A stretch of 54,087 nucleotides of DNA from contig QPGO01000339.1 of NCBI GenBank assembly GCA_008632985.1, forward strand, positions 1 to 54,087. Reading direction: 5' to 3'. This document shows, one piece after another, positions 11,541-25,751 of the stretch. A model generated the notes under the pieces. The model was not told the DNA's origin. It did no database searches and worked only from the letters and a program-made list of their open reading frames with translations. Made by a program: the position numbers and the translations under genes. The DNA is from Psammoneis japonica. Taxonomy: Eukaryota. Every line of letters starts with the position of its first letter. Position 1 is the first letter of the stretch.

Positions 11541-14500
11541 ATGGAGGCCCTTGCCTTACAGCTCTGCTCGGGCAGATTGGATGCAGCATCATCGGCAGAA
11601 CGAGCAAAATTGGTACAAGAAGCGTCTCAGCTTGTCATTGACGACCCAGACGCAAGACGCGATCTTTCAGCGTTGGACGGTGAGTAGTCGTCGACGTAGA
11701 ATCTGTACTGATGTCTACGTTGAAACGCGCGGCTTTTTTTGTGCTCACAAATTTCGCTTGTCGCCCACAAAATTATTTTCTTGGCTTTCTTCAGATGTTT
11801 CATGTACTTCGCTGCATTGTTACAAAAGAACCACAAAGCTTTATTGTTTAGCCTTGTCATCTTCTCTAGACGAGGAGGAATCTGCTGTTGCAAAACTTTG
11901 TCAGGGCCTATGTAGACTGCTCGGCAAATCACAGAATGCGTCTCTAGTGGAAGCATGCAGCAAGTCCTTATCTGGGGCACCCTCTGCACTAAACTCGGCA
12001 CTGTTTAACGTGGCATCCGAAGGAGATGAAGTGTCATTTGCTCCTGCGCTAGCTTTAGGATCAGCACTTGATGACTCGAGACGAGATGAATGGGTCAAGA
12101 TTTTCCTCAAACGCTGTCTCTCTAGTTCTTTTGCTACCGCCACTCAAATCGCCCTCTTGGGACTATTTGTTTCGAGTATTAATCAAGAAGAATTCAATAA
12201 GATTGTATCCGTTATGGGTTTAAAGTTGAAGGCAAATCCAGAAAAAGCGCTTGAAACGGTGAATGCTATTTTTGAAGGACTACCTCGGAGTATTGATGTT
12301 GAAGAAGCCTTGGAGGGAGAGGTTCAGTTGCTGGCAACGATTATGAAACAACTAAAGTCAACAAAGTCTCATGTCCGAGTATTGGCCCAAGGCGCGTTGA
12401 CTCGAATCGCGCTCGTAAACAAGTCGTCCAAGGCATTGAGCAAGATTGTAACAGCATTGGCCGAATCGCTAGCTTCCACTTTGCCACAGCCCGACCAAAG
12501 AATATGTGCCTACCTTGCCTTGAAAGACATTTCCAATGAGCTTGATATCGATACCAAGGTAGATACTGATGCTGTGACTGCGGTGGTTACAGGTGTTTCT
12601 ACTGCACTTGGTAAGGAGAGCAAAACTGCGGGCGCAACTGCGCGTACCGATGGCTTGGATGCGTTCCTTCGGTGGATGGTAGTGGCCAAGAGAAGCAGTG
12701 CTACCAAGGGATACGAAACTGGGTTGGAGTTTCTGAGAAAACCTGTAATAAAGGCCAATGCGACTGACGTTGTTTTCTTCTTGGGGGCGATGGTACAACA
12801 AGTGAATCCCGACATCTTGGCATCAATTGCACTGGACCTTCATAAGGATCCCAAGTTTGAAAAAGGATTACAAAGTATTGTCGAGTCCTCTGCAAAGAAG
12901 CATAGCACTTCTACGGTGGTGCCACCTGTGGAAGGATTGATTGCGGTTTATCTTGCATTGGTTCATGCATTTGCGTCCTCATCGCTCGAGTTGAAGCCAG
13001 TATTCTCAAAGGCGTTGTCAGCCGGATCTCTGTCTCGTTCCAAAACCTCATTTGTCTACGGCAAGGCTATGACAGATGCCGTTTCCAAGAATGCAATTGT
13101 CAGTCAGATGCTTTCTCGGGTCATTGCGCTCTACACAAAACTACTGGCAAAGGCTGACGGGAAATCTACGGCGTTGGTTGGATTGCTAGAGGGTAGCCAA
13201 ACGGATGTCACGGCGGCCACTCATTCTCTCGCTGCTTGTATTGGCCATCCCTCGACTGACAAAGAGCGCCCGGCAACTTTAGCAGTTCTATCGTCGGTTC
13301 AAACTGTGTTGACATATGAGCCACTTGCAGCAGACGGACTAGTGGAAGCCCTCATCAGCCTGGTGAATGACGCGTCACTGGCGCACGAGGCGCTAGCATC
13401 GTCCTTGAACGAAACGAGAGAAGCCCGAGAATCGTTTTCTCCGATTATTGAATCTTATACCAAGCTTCCAATCAAGGGACAATGTAGTGCAACAGCATCG
13501 CACTTTGGACTTGACCCGAACGCAGTGCGACGAGCGGCTCTGCTGGTGGCCTCGCGTGCATCAAACATGCAGTTCGTAGCAAAAGCATTGGTTTTGACTC
13601 ATGTTGGTTCAACGTTGAAAGGCATTGGAAAGCAGCGAAGTTCGTTGGTATCTAGTACGTTGCAATTGATTCGGGAAGTCATCTTACCATCGATAGGCAA
13701 AGCAGAGGCCCGAGAGGCGATGATGTCTCACGTGGCAGATTTTGTATCAAACTGCGCGTGTTCCTACTACATGAAGGATGAAACAAACGTGGAATCTGGG
13801 AATTCTCACGCTGCCGTAAGCGTCGCATTACACCAGGGAGCCCTTAGTCTTATCACAACTCTTGGTGGCATTGCAAGCAACTTTGACCCTGAGTATGACG
13901 ATCCCGACGATGAAGATTTGAAGCCGTTTGTGCTTGCTCGATCGTTGTGTACTGCAGAGTTTTCGTCACAATTTACTTTCAACCTGAAGGTGGCTCTCAA
14001 GGATGTGGAGGCTATTACGGAGAAGGAAATCGACCTATACCGAAGTTCATCGTTGGTTCCATATTATGAGGGAGGTGAAACGACTGAGAAGGACAGTTCA
14101 TCGGACAGAATCCTGAATGCAGACAAGAAAAGGGCCGGTGGCAAGAGCCGAAGAAACAAGGGCGATTTTGGATCTGGGTTCGAAGACGAAGAGTGGGAGA
14201 GACAAATGAAAAAGGAGCTCGCGGCGAAAAAGAAGAAGGAGAATACCGTGGCAGGCGGCGCAGCAGAAAAAGCTTTGTCTCCCGAAGACAAGAAGCTCGT
14301 TAAAGAGCAGAATGCGGAACGAAAACGACTTGACGTAATTCTGGGCGGAAGTTATTCCAGAGTGTTGTCGGCTATCCAGTGCCTCTGCTTGTCCGACATT
14401 GAAGTCGGCAACACCTGTCTACCAATACTGAGCGAAGCCGTCATGGAATGCGCGTTATCGGATTCCCCAGCCCTTCGAATCTTAACGAAGCTCAAAGATA

Positions 14501-17500
14501 AGAGCCTCCAGACCCTGTCAACTTTGGCATCCTGTGTTTACGAGATAGACGAGGTTCATGCGCCAACAATAGCACGAGCGCTTATAGTTGGCTGCAATCG
14601 TAAGGAGAGAATAGTGGTTTCGGCCCTACCTTCCCCATGCCCATCGGCTGCGTGTGTGATGTATGAGATGGAGGAGTTCGACGACAAGCTTTCAGGACCT
14701 TCATTTTTCTTCCTTTTTCCTATAGTGCGGGCATCGTTGACGGGGCCACGTACCCCTCCAGGGTGCGAATCAGCTCTTCGAATACTCAGTCGACACACAA
14801 CAATGCTGAGCGGACCGGAGAAGGACCCGTCAGTGCTTAAACTGCGACGAGATATGGCGATCACCGTATTGGAGTTAATGTCGCACGACCGGTCACAAAC
14901 ATTCGTGGATCCGACCCCAACTGAAGTTCTCATTGCATGTTTCACCACAGACGCTGCGGATGAGTCTAGCTCTCAGCCTCTGAACACCGCGGAACTTGCG
15001 CCTCTGCTAGATGAGCGTGGTGCACTAGGAACCAAAAATTGTCGTGTCGGATCGATGCTTGTGCTAGAAGCAATTGCTAGGGATCACCCAAAAGTCGTTA
15101 AGAATAATCCTCTGGTCGAGAACAGGGTTTGGACGAACTGCTTCGACGACAGAGAAAGTATCCGAAAGGCAGCGCGGAGCACGTGGCTAGTGGCAAATGG
15201 TCAGGATGTAGGGGAGTACGACGGTACAGATTCTGCGTTGCCTCCCCCGTCGCCGTTGTATGCTGTTCCTTTGTTGCCATTGTTCAGCCATTCCGAGCAA
15301 AGCATAGCTGACGCTGCAGCGAAGGCGTATGCATGTGCCATGGGAATGCATGCATCAAGTGTTGAAAGGAATATCAATAAGTTGTGCGTCACTTACATTG
15401 ATTCTTTCCCAACAGATTTTGGCGACCGACGTACGGATGCATCTTCATCTGTGCCGCAACCAAAACAACTCAAGTCAGCTCCCGCTCCAAAGAAGTCCGC
15501 GAAGATTTCCACTGGGTTGCCGAAAAAGAAGCCTCAAAAGAAGTCGGCTTTAGCCGTTGCCGGAATCGGGAAACCGCGGACAACCGCAAGATCAGGAACT
15601 AAGAAGCGGTCGGTGAATTCGGCCCTGCTCGCGCCTAAGAAGGAGCGTACCCTTGATCAAGAAGCTTTAGCGAGCCAATTCTTGACATCGGGGAAGAAGA
15701 CTGATGCCGAAAAAGACAGCACCGAAAAAGTAGCGGTTCGTCTTGGGGTACTACGGGCAATCACCGCACTTACCGAGAGCTCCGCGGAAATCGAATTGAA
15801 CATTGAGACTGTGAAGCTGCTTACTGGATTCTTGATGGCTTACGGCCTAGCGGACGGGGATAACGTGGTTCAAGGGACTGCTAGAAACGCACTGAGAGAT
15901 GTTGTCGCGTCGAACGGTGGCTCCGACGATGCCATAGCGTTCCTACTGCCACATCTGGAGACTACTTTGAATACCGGTGTAGCCGACGAAACCTGTCTTG
16001 GCGATCTGCCACGAGACAAAGTCCTGCGGGATGTGGCAGCTGCTGACCGTCGGAAGGAAGGGGCGGTTGTTGCATTAGGGTCTGTAGCGCTGCATCTTAA
16101 GGGAGAAGGAAGTGAAGGTAAAATCGACAGTACTGTCGACATGCTCATAGCTGCCCTGCGAACGCCGAGTGAAGGCGTACAGTCTAGTGTTGCGGCATGT
16201 CTCGCCAAGCTGATGAAGAAGGGTCGCACTCAGGATCGGGTCGAAGAGCTGTTGTCTGCTCTAATGAAAGAATGTTTGCACGGCGATACTCTCGCTCTTC
16301 GAAGAGGTTCGGCGTACGGGATCTCTGCGGTCGTTAAAGGTAGCGGCATTGCGAGCCTCAAGAAATACGAAATTGTGAAACAGCTCGAGGAGGCGTGTTC
16401 TTCCGGTTCCACTAGTGCGAAGGAGGGAGCCTTGTTTGCGATTGAGTTACTGAGTGATCGACTCGGATTGCTCTTCGAGCCTTATGTTATTGTCCTTCTT
16501 CCAGCCTTGCTCAAAGCGTTCAGCGACAGTAGCGACCACGTTCGAAGTGCTGCTTCTCAAACAGCGGGTTTGATTATGAGCAAGTTGTCAGCCCACGGAG
16601 TCAAACTTGTTATGCCTGCTGTGCTTACAGCTTTTAACGATCCAGCTTGGCGAACAAAACAAGCGTCAATTCATATGCTGGGTAGTATGAGCCATATGGC
16701 ACCGAAACAACTAGCGAGTGCCCTGCCGAAAGTTGTTCCTAAGTTGACCGAGGCATTCAGTGACACTCACCCAAAGGTCAAGGCAAGCGCTGAAGAGGCG
16801 TTGGGAGAGATCAGCAAGGTCATAAAGAACCCTGAAATCTCATCAATTAGTCCTGTGCTTCTGAAAGCTTTGACCGACCCGTCAGATGGCACAGTGAAAG
16901 CGCTGGAGGCTCTCATTGAAACCGAATTTCTACATGCGATTGACGCTCCCAGTCTTGCACTTATCGTGCCAGTCTTGCACCGGGGACTACGAGATCGTGG
17001 TGCAAAGACAAAGCGATACGGGGCTCTCATTTCAGGGAATATTTGCACAATGATTGACGATCCCCGTGATTTCGTTCCCTACCTACCAATCTTGATTCCG
17101 GACTTAAAAGCTGTTCTTCTCGATCCCATACCAGACGTTAGGAGCACGTCAGCAAAAGCTCTTGGATCGTTGACCCGGGGACTGGGAGAGGATACGCTTT
17201 CCGACCTTAGACCTTGGCTCATTGAGACTTTGAGATCAGAGAACATTAGCTCTGCAGAGCGAAGTGGCGCTGGTCAGGGTCTTACTGAAGTATTGATTGC
17301 AGGAGGAGCTTCAGTGGTCGAAGAAGTGATGCTCGAGGAAATTTTGCCTCTGAGGAGTCACCCTCAAGCAAGCACTCGAGAGGGTGTACTCTGGGTTCTC
17401 ACATTCCTCCCATCCTCTCTCGGCCAGGCTTTCACCCCTCTTATCGACCCGTCGTTACCGGCATTGTTGGCAGGTTTGTCCGACGACAGTGAACCCGTTC

Positions 17501-20500
17501 GCGATGTTGCCATGCGAGCCGGTCGTGTTTTGATTCGAAGCCACGGCAAGGCCCATGTGGACAAGATTCTCCCGAGCTTGGAAGACGGCTTGGGTGATGA
17601 AGACTACCGAATTAGAGTTGCCTCTCTCACTCTGCTTGGCGATCTCCTGTCCATGATTGGAGGGACTACAGTCGTTAAAGGCGACGGAGATACCCAGGAT
17701 GATATTCGCAAGGCTGAACGAGCCCAGGCGCAGATTGCACTTGTTCTCGGAAACGAGACAAGAAAGAGGGTGCTGAGCGGATTGTATTTAGCTCGCTGCG
17801 ACACTGCAGCCGTTGTGCGTCAGAGTGCTGTTCAAGTGTGGAAAACTGTTGTCAGCGTCACCGCTCGCGCGCTCCGGGAAATTCTACCGGTTCTGGTTGG
17901 GCAAGTTGTTACAGCGCTCGCAAGTGGGCATCCAGAGAAAACGCAAGTCGCGGGGCGTTGCCTTGGCGATATAACTTTCAAACTTGGAGAATCGGTACTT
18001 CCCGAGATCATTCCCGTACTCCGAGATGCTTTGTACAATGGCGACGAGCACACGAGACGTGGTGTGTGCGTTGGATTATCTGAGGTTATCACCGGATCTT
18101 CAAAAGAAAACATCCTTCGCTTCTCCGAAATTATTGTGAAGGTTGTGAAAGATGCGCTTTGTGACGACGATGAAGGAGTGCGGGAGATGGCTGCATCATG
18201 TTTCCAAAGCCTCTACTCTGTCATCGGGAATAAGGCCATGGAAGAGATCGTCCCTTTGTTGCTGGTTGCACTTGAGGAAGATGATACAGGCGATGGTACT
18301 CGTGTTCGCGCGCTAAACGGTCTGACTGGAATCCTCAGTGTTCGAAGCAGGGAACTGCTACCTTACATCATTCCAAGGTTGATCAAGAGGCCTATTCCAA
18401 AGAATCACGCCGATGCACTTTCGAGCATAGCGTCTGTGACAGGTGGAACGATCCACATGCACTTCAACACCATCCTTCCTGCTATGATTGGGGAGCTCAG
18501 TGACATGTGCGGTGAAGAGCTCGACGAAGAAGAGCGTGAGCGTGAAGCAGCTATTCGAACGTGCTGTAGGTCACTCTGTAGCAACGTTGACGAAGGAGGT
18601 GTCAATTGGTTGGTCGGCGAAATAGCGGCGAAATGCGGTAGTGATAAGGACGAAGTGAGAATAGAGAGCTGCTGGATGCTTCAAGTTGTCGTGGAGGAGC
18701 GTAAGTGTCATGATGAAATTATCGATTCACGTGTTTGCTGTTTCGGATGATCGACAAAACTCGATTTCCCTATTGAGGCGTCAACCATATCATGATGTCC
18801 ATGAGGGGTTCTACAAATGAGATTTCTGCCTGACGAGAAGATGCAGTCTGTTGCGTATTTCTAGATGTCCGTCGAATCCTCTCACGCTTGTGAACTCTAC
18901 TTTTCATTGCGTACAGGTAAAGAGCAGCAAGATTTTTATGAGCAAATTCCAGTAATTTTGAGGGAATTGATCTATCGTTTTAATGACGATGTCCCGGCGG
19001 TCGTCAAGTCTGCCAACACAGCGTTTGGTGCTTTGTCCAAGAATGTTCCAGCAGAGGAGCTTGTAAAGCACATTGAATTTATCCGAAATCTTATCAACAG
19101 CATGGTTAGTGACGCGAGACGAAGGAAAGGCGGTGTCGGCGACGGCGAATTTCTACTCCCAGGCTTTAACATTCCAAAAGGTAAGAATGAATGGTTGGTT
19201 CATGCTCAAGGTGGCCGCAGCTTGTGCAACAACGTGATGACCAATTTTACTACGGTTTCCGACACCAGAATGGAGAAACATGATTAGTCTTTCTGATTGA
19301 GCACCATGCTTTTTTTGGCTTCGCTCCCCTTGTGTTTGATGAGTGTTTCTCGCGATCACTTATACTGCTTCGCGTTTTACTTTTGTTTTCAGGCTTGGAG
19401 CCTCTGTTACCCATATATCAACGCGGCATCCTTTACGGTAATGCAACAATCCGAGAGGCTTCTGCTGCTGGTCTAGGAGAATTGATCGCCCTCACGGATA
19501 GCAAATATTTGGCAGGACCTCTCATTATCAAAATGACGGGCCCGCTGTTACGTATTGTTGGAGATCGTAATCCACCAGAAGTCAAGATCGCCATCTTGAA
19601 AACACTTGGACAAATTCTGGTCAAGGGAGGTCCAGCTCTTCGCGCTTTTGTACCGCAGTTCCAAACCACCTTTGTCAAGGCTCTGTCTGATCCAGCTCGT
19701 CAAGTCCGCGTGGAAGCCATTCAAGCGCTGGCGTTGTTGATGCCCCTGTCGACGCGGGTTGATCCACTAGTCAAAGAACTCGTTTCTGGGTCACTCGGAA
19801 AGAGCAGCAGCGGTACAGGCGAAACTGCCGGGGTGGCTGCCGTGCAAACTGCAACGCTTGAGGCCCTCGCGGTGGTGCTAAAAGCGGGTGGGAAGAAAGT
19901 CAAACTACCAACTAGCATCCCCTCTGCGTTGGATGCAAGTAAGGAGCTCTTTTGCCACGAAGACGAGGGTGTGAGAGAAAGTGCTGCCAAAGTCATGGGC
20001 GCGGCTTGTGAGTTGTTGGACGTCGGTATTACGAATGACTTGATTCGAGACGAAATCCTCAAAGGCAAGGACGACCCTAGCGAGGTGCGTCACGGAAAGG
20101 CGTGTGCGTGCCGCCGAATTCTCGCTTCTTCTGCCGGGTCGAATATTGACGACAACGTCAGAGTTGACATGACGAAACTCATTGAATCATACATGAAGGA
20201 TGATAACAGCTCAGTGAAGGAGGCTGCTTTTGTCGCAATTGGTGCAGCAGTTGGATGTGCTCCAGATCCCAGTGCCGCTCTCCGAAAAGAGGAGCCCACA
20301 CTCTTGGATACAATGCAGGATACCCAGCAAAAAATGGACGTTCACCGTGCTTTGGCAAAAGGACTCTGCTCGGCCGTTCGACTTGCCGGTGGCGACGGTG
20401 TTGCGTTCCTCGGCAAGGCCCTTCTGGACGCATGTTTACAGATGGCAATGAGTGGTGCACAGCGCATTCAGTTCGCATACAACGATGTCTTGTGGCTGGC

Positions 20501-20630
20501 GCTTGATGTGGCCAATGGTGAATCAGGACTTGAAGCGTACGTTGAAATGGCTAATTTTGACAATTCGAAAGCAATGAAATCACTCTACACAAAGGTGTTG
20601 ACCCGTATCAAGCAAGTAGACGACGATTAG
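11541..20630 (+). CDS. GCN1: Translational activator GCN1 (HEAT-repeat eIF2-alpha kinase activator), 4 exons
   Basis: Conserved GCN1 segments FEPYVIVLLPALL, SAHGVKLVMP, WRTKQAS, DAPSLALIVP, ERSGAGQGLTEV and ITGPL-like MTGPLLRIVGDR. In-frame exons 11541-11679, 11870-18700, 18917-19180, 19393-20630. Confidence 0.95.
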
Positions 20631-20870
20631 AGTAAGGGAGATTCGGAGCAATTTTGTCATGAATTCTCCTTAAATGCTAGTAGCAACTTTTATAGAAGGA
20701 AAGCAAATGCCTGGACACTTGATTCAAAGCCAAATACCTTGCCGTAAAGGATCATTTCATTTGCTTTGATCTCTCAATGCTACAAAATCGACTGGAAAGA
20801 CCCGAGGAAAAGAAAAAAGCAGTGCTCCATCGAAGCTATTGAATAGTAGACGGCCAAAAAAATAGCAAAA

Positions 20871-22744
20871 TCACAGTTTCAGTTCTTCCAATGTCGAACC
20901 TCCAACCTGATGTGTCCACTTTTCGAGTTCGGCAGCACTGCCCGTGGTACAAATCGAAACCACAGTCCCCGGCTGAATCACCACGTCACCTTGGTCATTG
21001 GGTGATGCCCGTCCAACACGACCCGCGAGATGCAAATAGGAGGCTGCCGAGGCAGGACGTCCAACCACAAAGACAGCGTCCACCTTGTCAAAATGCAAAC
21101 CACGAGCCGACCCTTCAAACGTGACGAAAAAGGGATTGCTACTCTCCATCATCTCCTCGTCATCGTCGTCGTCGTCCTTGGCATTGAGCTCTAACCCAAG
21201 TGCTACGTGAAGAGGCTATTGTTGTAAATAGAGTTTCAAGAAACAAAAGTTGTTAGTGGAGTCTGAAAGAGTAACAAGAAGACCATTACATTATTTGCAC
21301 TCACCTGTGCATGAATCCCAAATGTCGCCAGTGTCTTGCAGGCTCTTCTCGCCGATAGACGCTCACCACCCTCATTCTTGTTCTTGTCCATGGCCGCCCG
21401 TGTTGCTCGTTGTTTGTTTTTCCGCATGGCATTCCGTCGAGCCTTGGACGTGGCACCACGAATCGCTCGTATTTCTTGTTTTTTCTTGTTGATAATGGCC
21501 TTTCCAAATTGTCCACAAAGAAACAAGAGTGATGTTTGAGGCTTTAATCGTTCTGCCGCCTTGGCCACAGCTTGTAGCACGGCAGACGCCGAGGACGCCG
21601 ATTCCTTGTCGAGTAAAATATACTGATGCGTGACTTGAGACGGTACCGTCACGGCACGAATCGTGTGTTGGTTTTGGTCGTCGCTTGCGTCTACTCGTGT
21701 TTCCGGACGACAAGCCTTAACGTCTCGTGACCAAACCAAATCAAAGGTAGACGAAGCTTCCTGTTCGGCGGCTCTTCGTAATGCTCGATTTAAACGATCC
21801 AATGTTTTGCGACTGGCCGTGGCACTGCCGGCAAGTACTTGTGGAGGAGACGTCGTGTTGTCGTCGTCACTGCCACTGGCAAACCGACCGGCCGCCACCA
21901 AACCGAGAAGCTTTTCGGTTGGCGATACAATCTGTTTGTTATTATTGGTCAATTCCACACCCTTTCGTTTGGCCGACATGAGTTTGCGTCGTTGTTCTTG
22001 ACGTCGTCGTTCATCTTGAGGAGTGTTGTTGTTGCCCTTGTTTTTTGTTCGAGATGCCATTGAGTCGAGCGACGTTCGTAATGTCTTGGGAGGCAGTGGC
22101 AGCAAGACATCCACTTCATCCAATACAATGGCACTGAGCGTCCCACCAGCCACAAAATCGTAACCACCACGAATATTGGTAAGAACCATTAATAATTCTG
22201 GAGGAGTTCCAATAAAAACAGTCGCAGCTTCTAATTGAGATGGAGTTGGCAAATTTACACCACGGACCGTCAAGAGCACTGCGTCGTCGTCGTCCTTGAG
22301 GAGTGCCATGGCATCCCTCATGAGTTGAACCGCCAATTCTCGAGTGGGTGCTACAACTAAAACAGTGCCATTATTGCGAATGGCTCGTGTCAGAGCGGGA
22401 AGCAGATAGGCCAACGTCTTGCCCGAACCCGTGGGTGCAATGAGGAGCAAATTCTCGTCCAGTAACAAACGTGTAGCCGAAGCTTGTTGAATCGGAGTGG
22501 GACAGGAAAACCCAAGAGAATCCAAACGTTCGGCAAATGTTGGAAAGAGAGCAGGGAGTGTCTCGGCAGATTCTTCTTTCATGGCTTGTTCTTCTACGCT
22601 ACTACTACTGAGTGCCGTCGTCGTGGTCGTCGTCAAGAAGGCAAGTGGTCGTGACGGAGCGATTGGCGATACAGAAAAAGAAACTGCATCTTTGAAACAA
22701 ACTGCCAAAGATATGAGGTAGTGCAGACTTCTTAATGCTCTCAT
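20871..22744 (-). CDS. DEAD/DEAH-box-like RNA helicase, probably plastid-targeted, 2 exons
   Basis: Q motif PTPIQ, APTGSGKT, PTRELA, GTP, DEVD, SAT, ARGLHF, YLHLAGRVGR. Signal peptide ends AVS-F. Intron 21304-21216. Confidence 0.88.
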
Positions 22745-23292
22745 TGTTGAAACGTTCTGACAATATATAGGTTGGTGATAGAAGGAAGAACACAGACACT
22801 GCATTTGCCATCGGATGATGTGGATGGGATGGACTTGAAGAGCAAACGAAAACGGCCGAAATTCAATTTTCTGAATGGCTCCGCGCGCTTAGACGCGCAT
22901 TCGACACGGTGATGAATAGACGGATTATATGAAGAGCTTCAAGATCTAATATAATGAATATAAATAACGGTAGCTCATATGGCCGTTAAGCGAGAGGAGC
23001 AACGACCACGCAACGACTTGTGCAATTCCCCGTTGTTCTTTTTCACACTGCTGTGTTGCGCCTCTAACTATTGTGTTTTTGCTCTGTGGGGTTATTGTGT
23101 CGAACGAGTTGCTTCTAAGAGTTATATTGCTTGTCAGAGAAGCGATCGCAGAGTTAGAGAGGAAGAAAATTCCGTCTGGAAACGACTTGGAACGGTAGAA
23201 AAGCGTTCAAGCACCTGATCACGACTCCTTAGTCCGAAAGCACGGTATTTTAGCTCTCGAGAAGAACGAAACAATAAAATAACATCAACATC

Positions 23293-23919
23293 ATGTCGAG
23301 TGTTCCCTTTGAACGATACGACGATGAATTGAGTCCTTAATGGAACAAGTCAAGACGAGTCTGCAGTCTTCGGATGTCGACTCGATCAAGTACACGGCAT
23401 CGTTGCTTTCTCAATGTGACGATTTGCTCAAACAAATGTCCGTCGAGGCTCGGGGTGTCGAAGACGCTACCGCCAAAACGAGACTTACTTGCCAAGGTAC
23501 GAGCCTGTAAATCCAAATTAACGTCACTCAAGGAACAGCACGACACGGTCGTGTCCGAGCTGGATCGAGAGTCCCTCTTGGCGCCGGGAGGCGTCTCCAC
23601 GAGTACGCAGAGTCACAAGCAGCGCTTGTTGAGCAACGAAGCGTCCTTGGAAAAACAAAACAGCACATTGGAGAATGCACGACGCGTCATGGCGGAAACG
23701 GAAGAAACCGCCATGGAAATTACCACGGAATTGGGACGAAACCGGGAAACCCTCACCTCGGCTCATGGTCGTGTCCATGAAGTGTCGGGACTGACCAATC
23801 GTGCCCGGCGTATTTTGCAATCCATGAGTCGTCGAGCGGTACAACAACGGTTGGCGGTGTATTCTGTTGGATTTGTGATTGTGTTTATTTTTCTAGTCAT
23901 TTTATGGAAGTTGCGGTAA
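23293..23919 (+). CDS. VTI1: Qb-SNARE VTI1-like protein (two compensating 1-bp indels in this sequence)
   Basis: MSSVPFERYDDE start; CDDLLKQMSVEAR in an alternate frame; SNARE motif LENARRVMAETEETAMEITTELGRNRETL; C-terminal TM. Frame breaks near 23330 (gaatt-gag) and 23477 (gccaaaacg). Confidence 0.8.
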
Positions 23920-24125
23920 AAAGAAATACAGGAAAATATATCATAATATTATGGAGCAAGCGACATAGTTGATTTGACAGAGTATGAGCAAGTCGTATGA
24001 TAACCATACATCTAAACTATAAATAGTTATGGGAACAGGTATGGTCAGGCAATCCTCTCGTTTCTACTTGGTCAATGGCTAGGTGCCGGTATCGATCGAC
24101 CAAACTCCAGAGGCTTTGTTTTTCT

Positions 24126-24738
24126 CTATTCCACTCCCATTCTCCCAGCTTGTACCGATTTGATTTGTTCGTCACGAAAGGACGACGACACGCGACTTCC
24201 ACACTCATACTTGCAAATTTGACTTGCCTTGAATTGCTTGAGAGAAGCATTGGGTTTGCTAATGACCAGAGCACCATCGTATTGTTTGAGACGCTCGCGT
24301 TCCAGATCCGAATCCAGCACAGCGTACACGTCTTTTTTGGATTTGTAGGGTTCATACTTGCAGCCATTGACAATCTTTGTGGCGATTGTTGGATAAAGTC
24401 TGTGAATAATTAGAAAAAGAAGTAATATGTGTTAGGTAAGTCTTGGCTTTGGTCTTAGAAAAAGAGTTTTCCTAATGTTGGTCCTACCCTGGAAACGCCG
24501 TGAATTCCCGCGCCATTGCATTATTGACATCAATTGTAGGTCCCGAATAGGCCCATGCTTTCTCTTCGAGAGGAAGGGATATCAAAAGAAAACTAGATGC
24601 TGAAGAAATCATGGCGTGTCTTCGATTCATAATGGCGGCTTCCTCAGATCGCATCATGCCAGCGCTTATTGGAGCGAGACCGTGGCTTGTTCTACAAAAC
24701 AGAAACAAGACGCCGAATAACACCGAGAAAAGTTGCAT
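24126..24738 (-). CDS. PsbU-family (photosystem II 12 kDa extrinsic-like) protein, probably a paralog, 2 exons
   Basis: Spliced sequence reads IDVNNAMAREFTAFPGLYPTIATKIV...PYKSKKDVY (intron 24487-24400), matching the PsbU IDxNN..PGxYPT motif. Signal peptide plus RR...AWA lumen signal. C-terminal QICKYECG extension. Confidence 0.8.
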
Positions 24739-25041
24739 TTTGATATAGTAGAGATAAAAGTACACTAAAGCTTTTCGTCTGTAGGGTTTTAGGGTCGCAA
24801 AGGCTAGCAAAGCAACAACATCTATCCGCAACTATGGAGGGAAAAAGTGTCAAAAAAACCATCATCGGGAAAGCTACGTGGGTAAGTACCGGATTTCTAC
24901 GTGAAAATCAGGACATGTGTGATGTCACGCACCGCACGTCCGCATCCATCAAACAACCGCGACAACTCACAAAGGCAATCTGAAATCATACTTGGCATCG
25001 CATCACATCTCTGTTTTATCACACAACCCCTTGTTTTGATT

Positions 25042-25566
25042 ATGAGTTTCAACAAAATGACATGCCGCTTGGTCTTGTTGGTGTCCATGGTGTCATCTTT
25101 GGCCTCTGCCTGGATAACTCCCACCAACGCTGCTGTACCGCGTCGTCGTAGTCTGGACATGATGGCGACAGAGCGGAGCAAAACGACGGCTTTGGAGGTG
25201 ATTCGAAACTGCAACAATGAAAACCATGATGAATCACCCACCGTTGTAACCAGAAGAAATGCACTCGCAAGTGGTTCAGCCCTACTGATGGTATTGCCGT
25301 TGCTTTCGTCGTCAAGGAACGCAAATGCCGATGCGGCGTCTGATTTAGACGCCTTTGGTGCCGCGCTAAGTCAACAGCAACAACAGGAAGGACAGCAAAG
25401 GTCCAGTGGATATCCCATTACACCTTCACCATTACCGACTAGTACCAAAACCGCAGCAGAATTGACTCAGCCAGAACAACAACAACAACAACCGCAAAAG
25501 ACACTACAGGATGCCATCAAGGAATCTGCCAAAAAGAAAAACATTGAACCCAGAACACATGGGTAG
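25042..25566 (+). CDS. Hypothetical plastid/thylakoid-lumen-targeted small protein
   Basis: Signal peptide ending LASA-W, Arg/Ser-rich transit region, then TRRNAL + hydrophobic stretch + ANA-D. Gln-rich mature part ends IEPRTHG. Confidence 0.7.
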   Translation: MSFNKMTCRLVLLVSMVSSLASAWITPTNAAVPRRRSLDMMATERSKTTALEVIRNCNNENHDESPTVVTRRNALASGSALLMVLPLLSSSRNANADAASDLDAFGAALSQQQQQEGQQRSSGYPITPSPLPTSTKTAAELTQPEQQQQQPQKTLQDAIKESAKKKNIEPRTHG

Positions 25567-25751
25567 CGCGGTACGTAGTATCGGAACAGACACGCACCAC
25601 TTTTGATCAACCACGCTGTATGGAAGTTTTATTCTCTAACATACAAAATATGGTACAATAATGTTATAATCTATAAGGTAATCATTTACATTATTGGCTG
25701 CAAAAATACCATACTGTGGGTCCATGCTTCTTCGAATCTCAATCCGACGCA

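Noticed and set aside
11497..11869. 5' part of the 2417-aa ORF as the GCN1 N-terminus
   Set aside because: It starts at GTG and reads through an intron-like stretch. ATG 11541 with intron 11680-11869 gives a clean in-frame model.
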